A stretch of DNA of 52,886 nt, from contig MQRK01238444.1 in the NCBI GenBank assembly GCA_001938485.1, positions 1-52,886 of the forward strand, in the 5' to 3' direction. Position numbers and translations under genes: made by a program. The notes below the pieces were generated by a model. That model was not told where the DNA came from. It did not search any database and was given only the letters and a program-made list of their open reading frames with translations. Below are positions 13,025 to 25,141 of the stretch, one piece after another. Source of the stretch: Girardia tigrina (lineage: Eukaryota). Position 1 is the first letter of the stretch, and each line of letters opens with the position of its first letter.

Positions 13025-13350
13025 ACAAAATTCATCCATTAAAAAATATATTTAATGAAAATATATTTCGACGGATCAACCGTCAACTTCAGGTCATTGA
13101 TTAATAATTTAATTTCCTTGTGCGTAAATAATGAATATGTAATCGATCACATGAAATCTCACTAATTAAAAATTCTCACACAATAACTATCAAAATGCAT
13201 ACATAAAATCTTGAAATTATCAATATTGATATCCTATATACATTTTTTCCTATATTCTTTATATTTTCATTACAGTCTTTACAACCATGTTCTTGAATTC
13301 GTTTACAAGATAACGCGTAGTCTCTCCAATGTATGTGACACAATATCAGA
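13025..13350 (-). mobile_element. 3' end of a Penelope-like element (GIY-YIG remnant plus pLTR)
   Basis: Minus strand translates (with a frameshift) CVTYIGETTRYL..RIQEHG..IDNFKIL; it ends in an ~85-bp segment homologous to 11604-11688 that carries a hammerhead motif. Confidence 0.75.
13054..13098 (-). ncRNA. Degenerate hammerhead ribozyme copy
   Basis: aatgac-CTGAAGT-t-gacgg-ttgat-ccgtc-GAAA-tata-TT-ttcatt; the last core A is mutated to T and stem I has one mismatch. Confidence 0.65.
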
Positions 13351-13359
13351 TCATAAAAA

Positions 13360-13800
13360 CTTAAATTTAAAAATCATATTGAACTTTCAGAAAATTCAAA
13401 GTATGTTTAGTTATAATATTACAACTCTTTTGATTATGTGTTCCAATCTTGTTTATCATTTTTATTGTAATGAATGTTATGCCACGTGCATTGAAGAAAC
13501 TTCTCTTCGTCTCTGTAAGTGGAAACAATATTGCTGTGCATATTGAAGTTTGTAGGCCAGATGTGACGCTATACTATTTTAAATTACAGTGCTGTAAATT
13601 TATAAATTATTTAGAGAAGGTCTTTTGTAAGGCATTATTTATCAAATTACTATCAATTCATGTTCAAACAAGTCTCTATTTCACATTCTTAAAAGTGTTT
13701 TGAATACATAATCATCTGACGATGGTAAAAAATCGTCTAAAAGAAATTCTTAATTAAAATATTTTTTGACCCAAATCGCGTTTTGATTTATTGATTAACT
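13360..13800 (+). mobile_element. 3' fragment of a Penelope-like element (GIY-YIG region)
   Basis: CSNLVYHFYCNECYATCIEETSLRL and KALFIKLLSIHVQTS; nucleotide similarity to 17435-17780. Confidence 0.8.
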
Positions 13801-16489
13801 GATTTTTATTAATTTTACCTCAATGAGTCATAAATTAAACCAATAGGGCATATATGTTTTAAAGATTTTAACTGCTCTTTGACGATCCTCAAACAAGGAA
13901 TTAAGCGTTTTTTGCCATTTTTCCATTATCCGAAATTTCAGAAGTCAAATTTATTGCAAAACTTTATTAATAAAAATAATACACATATATAAACAAATTT
14001 TTCGTTCATCATTTCGCCATAATTCTGTTCATTAAAATTTTCTCTCAATTTAATTTTTAAAATTTATTTTAAATTATATTATTAAAATTTAATCATAAAA
14101 CATTAAAATTTTATTTTTGCAAGAAACGCTTATAATATTTTTTTATAATTCGTTCATTATTTATTTTAAAATTCTTCTTTTTATACTTTTATTAATTATT
14201 AATTATTTCAAAAAACATTTTTCTTGGTTTTATATAATAATTTAATGTTTTTTGTTTAAAAAAAAATCATTTTTAGCTTTTTTTTAAATTTTAAAATACT
14301 TGGAATTATTTAATTTTTTAAAACATTTCGAATTTTAAAAAATCTTAAATTATTAGTTGAAAGGAAAATTTAACTAACTCATCATAAAGGACAAATGATT
14401 GTAAGAACGGTAGTTTTTTCTAAAGTCTTATAACAGTTTATATGCCATTAAAGAAAAATATTTTTTTACTTACAACTGTTTTATCTAGTTTTTATAAATT
14501 CTTTTTTATCATTCACTTAACAACAATTATTCATAATTTAAAATTTATTACAAAATTTATAGTATAACAAATAATAATTGTTGGGATTTTTGGGAGCTCT
14601 CATAAATTTTTGAAATTTTAATTTTTAAATTATTTAAAAATATGTTTTATAAACAAATAAAAGAAAAATTTAGGTTTTGAAAAGATTTTGTATAAAAATT
14701 TAAAAGGATAATTTTATTATTTAAACAATAATTTAAAATGTAAATTTTATAATAATATAAAATCAAAATGAAAAGGTTAATTTAAGATTATTTAAAAAAT
14801 AATTTTAACGATTAAATAGAAACTTTATAATTAAAATAATTCTGATGGGAAGATTTGTTTTAAAAATGAATGAAATGAAATTGAATGAATTTTGAAACAA
14901 TAAAATTTTTATAAAAAAAATGTATAAAATTAATTCTGTAAATTCCAAAAAATAAAGAAATTGATTATTATATATTTTATTATATATATATTTATATTAT
15001 CTTTATGTATAAATGATTTGTGGAAAAGGCAAAATCAAAAATTACTTCGAATAATATGTTTTTAATAAAATTTTGGTGATGTGAAATTATATTTTGATAT
15101 CGAACCTAACAATAATCTTTAATTTTTTTATTTATTACATAAAAAGTTTTTTATCTATTTTCAAAACAAAGATTTTTTGATTAACATATTTATAAAACAT
15201 AATAACATTCAAACCATAACTTGTTCAAAACAATATTTTGGCTTTATAAACCTTTGTTAGATAACAAAATTTTTGACCCACCTTCACCCTGCCACAATTT
15301 ATTAAGCCTCTTCCTTTAAAAAGCGGTATATAACTTTTGAAGGTCGTCACTTTAAGTTTAAGTATCTTATGGACACAAAGAAATTCTTTATTTTATCAGA
15401 TAACTGTTCTGTTTGATATAACACAATAGTAAAAAAATATTGTAATGATGATTCAGGGCGGAAAACATCTCGTTCGTTCTCATCATCGACAAAAACTGAA
15501 CACAAGCAAAAGTCTTCTGTTGCTGCCGGACTTGCGTCAATCATCAATTATCCATTTTTAAACATACTAAATATGTTTGTTTTTGTGAGAAGATTTTTAA
15601 TAAAATTGTCTGTTTTTGTAGTTATTTTTGGTTCAGAAGACTATGAAGATTGTGTTTATATTATTTTATATTTTGTTATTTATCTGTGCCATAAAATATT
15701 AGTTAGTATAAAGATTTTGAAAAATATATTTTTAATGTCGAGAAAAATGGAATGTTTTGCGAACGTTTAGTTGTCGTAATAATTATTCTTGTTTAAAATA
15801 CAAATATATAAATTTGGTTTTAAATAAAAGTATTTTTTAAACTTTAATCAACTTTACACGTTCTTTACTGATCGTTCTTTAATTTTTCGTGATGACCAAA
15901 ATAATGCTTTATGGAGTCTTCTTTACTGAACGTTATAAATAAAAATAAATATTTTTTACAATTAATTTAAATTTTCGTACTTTGACAAAATTGAAAAGAA
16001 CATTTTTTTCTAATTTATCAAAATTTTAATTCCCTCAATTATTTTTAGTAAAAGTAAAATGAGACATTTTAAATTAGATATCATTTTATCATTTAGAGAC
16101 GCAATAAATACAATTTTTAGATATAAATCAGATTTAATTCATCAAAAACAGGAAAGAAAATAATTATAGGTTTTCAATTAAAATAAATAGACATTTTTTT
16201 CCTATTAAAATGAATGTTTGAATTAGAAGATCAGTGTTGACTTGTCACAATTAAATGAATAGGAAGTGGGTTTCCCTTCTAATGTTTTCAAATAAACAAT
16301 TTTTTCCTGAAATTTCACTGGTTTTAAAAACAAGGGAAATTTTCTAATTCAAATTTATTATTTTATTTAGAAAAAATTGTCATAAATAATCTAATAATAC
16401 ATTGAAAAGTTATAGAGAAAAATAACTTTATTTAAAATAAATTTAAAAAATAATAGCAAATTTGGAACCATTTGATCTGTGTTGAGATC

Positions 16490-17900
16490 TCTGGAAATGT
16501 AATATTGAATGAGCTTGATAGTCTTGATGAGTTTGCCTCTCATGAATTAATTACTTTTGCACCATCAAATGTTCAGTTTTTGTTTAACGATAATTGGTAT
16601 AAACAGGTAGATGGTGTTGCCATGGGTTCTCCTTTGGCACTAACACTTGGATCCATTTGTCTGTCTAGCATTGAAAATAATTTTTTTTATTTACGGGTGT
16701 TAGAACTTTTGCTTATAAACGATATGTTGGTGATATATTTTTGTTTTTAAAGAACGCGAAAATATGTTACCATTTCATCTTAGGGAATGTTCGCTTATTA
16801 CGCAACGCTTTAAGGGGGTGGACAATTAGAATGTGCGACAAAGATTTAATGCGCCTCAAATACAACCGATTGAACCGCAAACCGAGATACTGGACGAAAC
16901 AGCAGATGAATTCTTATATGAATTCCATTCATTCTAATATTGTTTTCAGGGTTGAGCTTGAGAAGAATGATGTTTTTTTCCCATTTTTAGATTTGTTAAT
17001 TGAGAGAAAAGATAGTCGTTACGATACAGAGATTTATAAAAAGAAAACAGATACATGGTTATTTACTACCACTAAAAGCTTCTTTGAACCTAAGTATAAT
17101 AGAATTATGACAAAAGGTTTGTTATTTAGATGTAGGTCTCAATCATCAAGATATGAAATAGCAGATGCAAGCATAGATAAACTAACAGAACTATTGCAGA
17201 AAAATGACTATACGAAATAATTTTTAGAGAAACTAACTAATGAGACGATAGATAAATTAATGAATAAAGAACATGAGGGTAAAGACGAGTTAAAACCCGA
17301 TAAATTATCTAATGGGAATTCTAATATTGGATATACGCTAATCGTTCCTTATTCAGAAGGTTAAAAAAATTTAAATCGTCTATTTTAAAATCAATCGACG
17401 TAACAATTTTAATTTAAAATTATTTCTAAATCTTACAAAATTCAAAGTATGTTCAGCAATAAATCTCATATTTCATTGAGTTTATGTTCCAATCTGGTTT
17501 ATCAATTTTCGTGTAATGGGATCAACATCACAAACATTGCAGAGACTTCTCGTCATATCTGTAATTGGATTCAGGAGCATAGACGATTGGGTAATGATAG
17601 TAATATTGCTGGACGTATGAAGGTTTGTAGATCAGAGGTGAAAACAAGTAAAACAAGAAATATTGTGCAGTAATTTTAAAGCTTATTGGGAAATAGTTAC
17701 TTGTGGAGCATTATTGATTAAATCATTTAATCCATCCATTAATGTCCAAACAAGTCTTTCTTCCACTTTGTTGAAAGTGGAATAGTTATTACGCAAGATC
17801 TTTGCATAATCATCATTGATGATTCATCAATTTTCTATATAAGACAGCAAAATTATTGTTAATTTTGACGATGTTGAAAAATCTCATTTGATTTTTTTAA
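16490..17900 (+). mobile_element. 5'-truncated, frameshifted Penelope-like retroelement (RT plus GIY-YIG)
   Basis: YKQVDGVAMGSPLA, YKRYVGDIF (degenerate YVDD), PFLDLLIER..TEIYKKKTDT and SNLVYQFSCNG..NIAETSRHICNWIQEH motifs across ORFs 16472, 16741 and 17449. Confidence 0.92.
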
Positions 17901-18699
17901 TGGCGTTCTTGATTTTATTAAAAAATAATGGCAATTTTTTAAAAAAAGCAAAACATGCTCCATTTTAATATATTTTTTGTGATAATATATTTTGATGGTC
18001 TTACCATCATCTTCATATCAGAGGTACTTAAAAGATTTTTACATAGATTTATTCAATGTATTACATCCCAGTCATCAATTTCATATAATTTAACAATATA
18101 AATGCTAAAGTGATGTGAAGATTATTTTTGAAATTGTGTATCTTTTGTTAAAAAACAGATATATTTTTAACACATTGTTTTGCACAATTTTAATAAAAAA
18201 GGATTAAAAGAAGTATGGATTTTTTAACGATTATTTCCTTCTTGGCCTTCACACCTTCAAGCATATCTTTTTTATTACACTTTTCTCGAACTTATCTACC
18301 ATTTTAAAAGAGAATTAAAAGTATTTAATATTTAAATTTAGATTTTAGCACTAAAAATAAGTTAAATTAAAACATTTAAATATTAATTATTAATTTAAAA
18401 AGCTTTTTTTATAAAACAAAAATTTAAATTGGAAAAAAAGCATTTTCCAAATTTTCGATGTTAATTTGTTTTTGAAATTTAATTTCATAAATGAATGATT
18501 AAATATAAATATTTTATTTTCTTTGACTTCATAATTGTTTTAATTAATTGAAATCTGGCAGTAAATGCAATTAAAATAAATTCCTTATAATAAATAAATA
18601 AAACATTTTTCTTAAAAATAATTTAAATAAATTTAAATAAAATGTGAATAAAATTAAATGTTTATTTAAAAAAATAGGAAGAAACTCAGAAAAATATTA

Positions 18700-19490
18700 A
18701 TCAAGAACGAATGTCGAATAGTGAAAGTGGTTTGAATAATTGTGGTAATGACAATTCTGTTCGCGATGTTAATAAATTTTCGAAACCTCATATTAATGTT
18801 GTTAACACTCATTTATTTATGAATTCTTTTATTGTGTCTTCCATCATTTTTATTTTTGCGAAGTTTTCTTTTATATTTTTAGTTTTTTTCACTCAATACT
18901 TTATTGTCTTCTTTTTAGTATTTTCATTTAGAGTTTTAATTTAGTTTATAATTGACTTTTGTAATTCATTAATCTCTTTGATCAACTTTTCAAAGCATTA
19001 ATTTTTAAATAATTTTATTTTGTTCATATTCTCCAAGTTTTTACTTTTGGTTTCGTGTTCATCACCTTTGATTATTGTTTAAGGTTTTTTAAATATTTCT
19101 CAAATGTCAACAAAGATATGATGTTTCCTTTTACTTTGATTCTAACATTTTCCTCATTTGATTGAAGGTTTCATTTTGTAAAGATATTATTTGCTGAAGC
19201 GTTGGATTTTTTTTAAATCTCGATTTGGAGTCCTTAGTTTTTGATTTTGAATTTTTTCATTTTTTGAACTCTTTTCCTGTCCGCCTTACATGATTTTCAT
19301 ATTTAATTTTAATTTTGCCATTTAGTATTGGACCTTCCTATCGTCTATTATGAAGTTTACGATGTTTCTCTAACGTGTCAATTCTTTACTTTTGAGTAGT
19401 CGGATCAACGTGATCATTGTTTCATAGTCATTTATTTCCTCTTCATATACTCTTGATATTTACAATTCACTATTTTAAACTCTTCATAGG
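18700..19490 (-). pseudogene. Decayed Lys/Glu-rich coding relic, possibly retroelement ORF1/gag
   Basis: Strong purine bias on the minus strand, coiled-coil-like peptides broken by stops, directly downstream of the structured GC-rich block; no diagnostic motif. Confidence 0.3.
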
Positions 19491-19494
19491 TATC

Positions 19495-19805
19495 ATTGAG
19501 CTTTGGGCTTTGGGTTCACTCAATTATGCACATGCATTATGGCTTGGGCTTGCATATTTTTGAGTGCCTCAGTAGGCAAGTAACCTGGTGGCGCCTCTCT
19601 CTTCTCCAGGTATGCATGGCCGTTGGCTCCAAGGAGCTCATGCGCCCTTTGTCAGGTGTTTTTTTATCCTGCAAAGTGAAAACACACACCCTCTTCACTC
19701 AGTTTACTCTGGTGAGGGAGCCAGTTTAGTCGCCAACCATTCGACCATGGGACAATTAGTACAGGTTGACATTGTACCTGTAGTAGACAGCTTGCCTGAC
19801 CTGAT
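19495..19805. other. GC-rich, highly self-complementary segment (candidate structured RNA or LINE 5' UTR)
   Basis: Helices acctgg/ccaggt, gcatg/catgc enclosing gctc/gagc, ggtgt/acacc, tcac(t)cag/ctggtga, tacaggt/acctgta, plus long-range aggcaag/cttgcct and tcaggt/acctga. Confidence 0.5.
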
Positions 19806-19859
19806 TTTATTAAAATTAGAAAATTAATATTTTTAATAAAAATAATAAAAGAATTTTAA

Positions 19860-19897
<38 letters not shown>

Positions 19898-22800
19898 TTT
19901 ATTTTGCAAATATTTTATTATATAGAGATTGTTTGATGTAGGTTACTTCAGTATAAAACAATTAAATTGTTATTTGTTCTATATCTTCAAATAGATAAAT
20001 GTTTCCCATAAAATGAAGTCACTTTAGAATAAAAGGAATAATAATAGTTTAAAAATTACTCCTTGGCAAAAAATATGCCTTCAGCAATTTATTCAAGTTA
20101 AGTGTTTCGTTAAATATTATTTTTCTATTAAATGTAAAACATAATATAAAAATAATGATTCAAAAAACTTTACAGAAAAAGTGATTGCTAATATCAGAAT
20201 TAAAAGATCAAATAAAAGAAATAATATTTTTCATTTATTTTTGATCAAGTCGGTTATTTTTAACTTCAAAGGATTTTAATACCGTAAAGAATATTGAGCA
20301 AACGAAATTAAATACTTTGAAAGTTTAGTATCAAAATAATTATTATGAAGGAACACATTTATAAAATTAAAAATAATATTAATTATTAAAAATTCATTAG
20401 GATTTATTATAATTATAAAAAAAATTATTATCAAAAAGGAAGTATTCTTATAACAAATGTAATTCCTTATTCTTTAATGAGCCCCTTTAAATCAGCTCTG
20501 ATTATCTCGTTCGATCTAGTGACACAGTTCTACTTTGAGATCATTTGCAATGGCGTTATATACGTGCTATCAGATATGCGAAATGTACGGCGAATAGCTC
20601 CGCTACTGTTTAATATATGATGACTGTTTTCAAATTCAGTATGTTGAATTTAGTATTTGAAATTACAACTTGAGAAATTTAAAAATTTAAACTAATAAAA
20701 ATAATTTATTTGTTTTGATAAAGGAAATAAAATTTTAAATTAATTTTTAAATCGACTGAATAAATGTTTTTAAATAATTTTTAGTTTAAATTATTGAAGA
20801 TATTAAACTTTAAACTATCATTAAGATATCCTCTCCTTGTCAGGTACACTAAACCGAAAAATTATTATCTTTAAAAGTATTCACATATTAGTCCTGATTT
20901 TTATATATTTTTAAACAACACATTGAATATATTTTTTACATCATTTAGAGCTGATTATATGTTTAAAAAACAAAAAAAAACTTCTTAATATTTTTTATCA
21001 TATTTGATATTTATAAATTTAATGTTGAAGAAATTTCATTTTTGTCGAATTTAAAATGACTTTATATAATTAATTATAAATATTAAAATTAAGTTTAATA
21101 TTAAATAAAACTTGACTAACTAAAGTTAAAAATCATTTTAAAAATATCAAAATTAAAAATTTTTGAATTGTTGAACCTTTTTTGATAAAAAAATTCAAAA
21201 GTTACACAATAAAAGGTTTTGACAAATTGTCAAAACTAGATTTAAAACTCTGTAATAAACGTCTAAAATGATTTTTTACATTATAATTATATTTTTTGTA
21301 TTTGATTATAGTTAATTCAGATATTATTTCTTGTTTTCTATTTCCTCAACCTTATATTGAGTAAAAGTATACACTGTTTCGTTAACTATTTTTTGCGAAA
21401 CAGTTTGAAATTGTTTATTATAATTTTTCAATCAACGATTTGAATATCTTATATCTTGTTAAGAATAAGTTTGTTTCGGAATTTAAATAAATTATTATTT
21501 TTATATATAATTCAAATGTTTCTCTCAGGTCAAAGAAAATCAATCATGTTTGTTCTTCAAAAACTTAAATCTTATATATATATATATATATAATATAATA
21601 TGAAAATTTAAAAGAATATTAATTAAAATTACTTAATTTGAAAACTCGAACAAAGATGTGTCTGTTCGGGTTATTATTATTGTTGTTGATCATTGACTTG
21701 TATATGTGTGAATCATCTGCCCAGTAAATGTGCAATGATAGACAAATTGGCTCGCTCTGATGGGTTGACCAATAAGATCAAGTTAAAGTCAGGTGATTTT
21801 TAACTAATTTTGTATTATTGTCGAGAATTTTTGTATTTAGTCGAGAACAATTTGTGAAGAGAATTATTTTGTCTAGCGTGAAAGAATTTATGATTTAATT
21901 ACGATTTAATTGTGAATGATATCAGATTAATTAAAGAACAACATAATTTTTAAAATGAATTTTATTTTCTCACGAAATAACATGGTTCATCTAACAACGG
22001 TCAGTTTCTAAGGCGTCCTGGAGACTGTACTAAGCAATGTCCTCTATTTTTGTTTTATCTATATATAAAATACGTCTTGTTAGAATTATTGGCTTTACTA
22101 AACGAAGAATATTTTTAAATTAAAGAAATTAAGATTTTTTAAAAAGTTTTCATGAATGGTTTATTTATATTTTTTAGAAACTTTTAAAAAATATATTAGT
22201 CAGTTTATCTAATCTCATTTAATTCGATATTTCTTTTTAAGAATGTTATTTTATTTCAACCAGATGTTTCTTTATAATCAAAAAAATCAATTTTAGTAAA
22301 ATCATTTTAAACAGTATTTTTTTTAAAAAAGTAAATCATTTACTAAAATATTTCATTATTTTTTCAAATATTTATTAATAAGATCAGTTATTGTTTTCCT
22401 ATTTTGTTCACATTTTGTTATCATGATTATTTTTCAGAAAGAAATAATAAGATATTAAAATTTTTAGTAAAAATTAGATTTTATCTTTTAACCCCATAAT
22501 TCAATTATTTAACGTTTTTTTCAATTTCAATTTATTGTAAATTTATTAGTTTAATTATTAAAATAATTATACATGATTTACAATTTTTAAAAAATTGTAA
22601 TATGCTTCAATTGTTTTTTTTAAATATAAAAACTGCAGTGTCCCTTGCCAATAAAGACCTCAGCACTACGGGAAATTAACTTTAAAGCAATTAAATTTGT
22701 AAATATGGTAAAAATTTACAAAATATTTTTAAAATTTTCTAAACCTTTGTGAAAAAATAATTAAATACTTAAAACCAAAAATAAACATCAAAATATTTTG

Positions 22801-23781
22801 TGAGTACTATATATATATATATATATATATATGTGTTAGTTTTCTGCTGTATGGAAACAAACTTAGGTTTTAAAAATCATACAATGTTGATTGTTATCAA
22901 TAGGTTTTTACAACAAACTTTTTTTCCTCAACAATCAAATTCATTTTATCATTTATTCAAGTATGGTTCCTGTGTAATGAGAAATGAATACAAAAAACAA
23001 TGAAGGAACAAAACAAAGTGACATATAATATCATGTAATAAAGATAAAAAACATACGAAAGAGTATACAACAAATATATGTGAATCAGTCAATAAGAAGG
23101 TAACTCGATAGAACAAATACGAACGCAATATGAATAAGTTTGAATAAAACGTTCCCCATAAATATATTGATTGAATTTAATTTAATCAAATATTTAAAAT
23201 CTCAAATTTTCAATGATTTATCTTAGTCGTTTAATGTGGAAAGAGATAACCCCCTCTACTATCAAAAACTACTAGAAACAAGGTCTACAAGGAGCATTTT
23301 AATGTCCCGAGTCAAATACTGTTGTAAAATTGAAAATCAGCAAACTTTACTAAAATAAAAAAATAATATATTAAATGTGGAAAACAAATATTTAATTCGG
23401 GAAACATTTTTAATCTTCAAGTTGTAAATGGTCTATTTTATACTCAAGCACTTGTTTTTTACACAAAAACGAAAATGTTAAATCCTATGATGGAGGTCGA
23501 GATTAATCTCGAAATCCTGGGATCGCGAAAATGTCACGATTTCAAATATGATCTTGAATAAAACTATAAAAACCAATTAAATATATAAAAATATAATATA
23601 AATTTTTCAAATTTAATTTAATATCATGTTAATATATAAAGATAAGCAATAATTATTTTATTATTATGACACATTTAAAACTGTTGTAACCAAACATTTC
23701 CTTTCTCGAGTGTCAATTGTTAAGGAAACTCATAAATTGATGAATCTCCTTGAAAATTATGTAAATTGAATTTAAAATAAG

Positions 23782-23827
<46 letters not shown>

Positions 23828-23940
23828 ATATAGAATAAGTTTTAAAATATAATAATTAAGTTATCTACACATGTTTTAAATAACTAGTAATAACTAGTGC
23901 TTTCATAAAATATGTATATGCTTTTTTAGTGAAGCAACTA

Positions 23941-24174
23941 CAGGGTACCCCGAAATTTGGACAATGAACATAATGAATCAATTTTTTCTCAAAATTACTT
24001 CTCATTTGTTTCTTTTTGCTCCACGCTTCTTTATTTTAATCGAGTACGAATGGCATGAGTTGTTAATTTTTCACAATGTTCATCATTTGTTCGTGATATA
24101 ACAGTTTAAAATTTATTTAACCAACGTGTTTGTATCAATTAATAGCTACAAAATAACAATGTTACCTCATCATC

Positions 24175-24214
<40 letters not shown>

Positions 24215-25141
24215 CGTAGATGTATATTATTTAAAGACCATTGCAGCTTTTAAAAGGAAGTTTGGATCGTCTCCGTGCATTCACTATTACAAAATATTAC
24301 GATAATTTGATGAATTTTGACGTACATGAAGTGTTGTTGATGAAACAGAAAAGCAGAGGAGAATAAAGCCCCAGGATCGACAAAAACATGGAAAAAGTTT
24401 TAACGTTTTTCCAAGAATACATATGTGCTTCTCAATGAATCGAGTCAGAAAAATTAGGAAAAAGCAGATCGTCTTTCTATCGCATCATGAAAACGTACCT
24501 GGACCTCTTCCCATACAAACTTCAAATTATGTAGCTTCTTTGAGTAAATGACACAAAACAGCGATTTGGATTTGCGGAAACAATGGTTACAATGATGGAA
24601 GAGAGGTCGTTTAATATCGAGCAAATCTGGTTTAATAATCATCTAATCTACTCTTGTTGGAGTGGATTTCACCAAATATTAAACAAAAGGGCATTTTCAA
24701 AGATTAAAGAGACATGATGGAAGAATTATGGTTCATGCAGGACAGAGCACATAGGCATTAAACCTAAGAATTTTTCAGGCTTTTGAAAAATAAATTTAAA
24801 TCAAGACTGTTCGGTCTTTATGCTCTAAAGGAATCTGGAGGATAAATATAGTGGCCAGTTTACTCTACGGACCTCAATCCTTGTAATTGGTTTCTTTGGG
24901 TTATGACAAAGACGATATCTACCGTCATCGCACGTAAAATTTTGATAAAATGAGGAGCGCCATTTCTTTAACGATTGAGCCGCTTAAACCTAAAATGGTG
25001 GTAAAGGTCTGTGATGAGTTCGAAAAAGGAATTTGAAATATTATTGTTCCAGAAGGAATGCATTTCGTAAAGCTTTATTTACTAAAATTATATTTTAAAT
25101 GAACGTTCTTTTAAAATAATTTTAAATTTTGGGTCACCGTG
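23941..25141 (+). mobile_element. Decayed rosa/Visitor (DD41D-group) Tc1/mariner transposon
   Basis: TA-flanked imperfect TIRs cagggtaccccgaaattt / cacggtgacccaaaattt; peptides YRIMKTYLDLFPYKLQI, EQIWF, LWFMQDRA and WPVYSTDLNPCNWFLW; (AT)n expansion inside the ORF. Confidence 0.85.

Noticed and set aside
13716-13910. Hammerhead-like words CTGACGA (13716) and TTGACGA-tcct..agga (~13879)
   Set aside because: The position fits a PLE pLTR, but the GAAA box and stems are not intact; at most dead remnants.
23480-23560. hAT/MITE-like terminal sequences here and at ~15270-15352 and ~37520-37560
   Set aside because: No partner TIR or TSD found.
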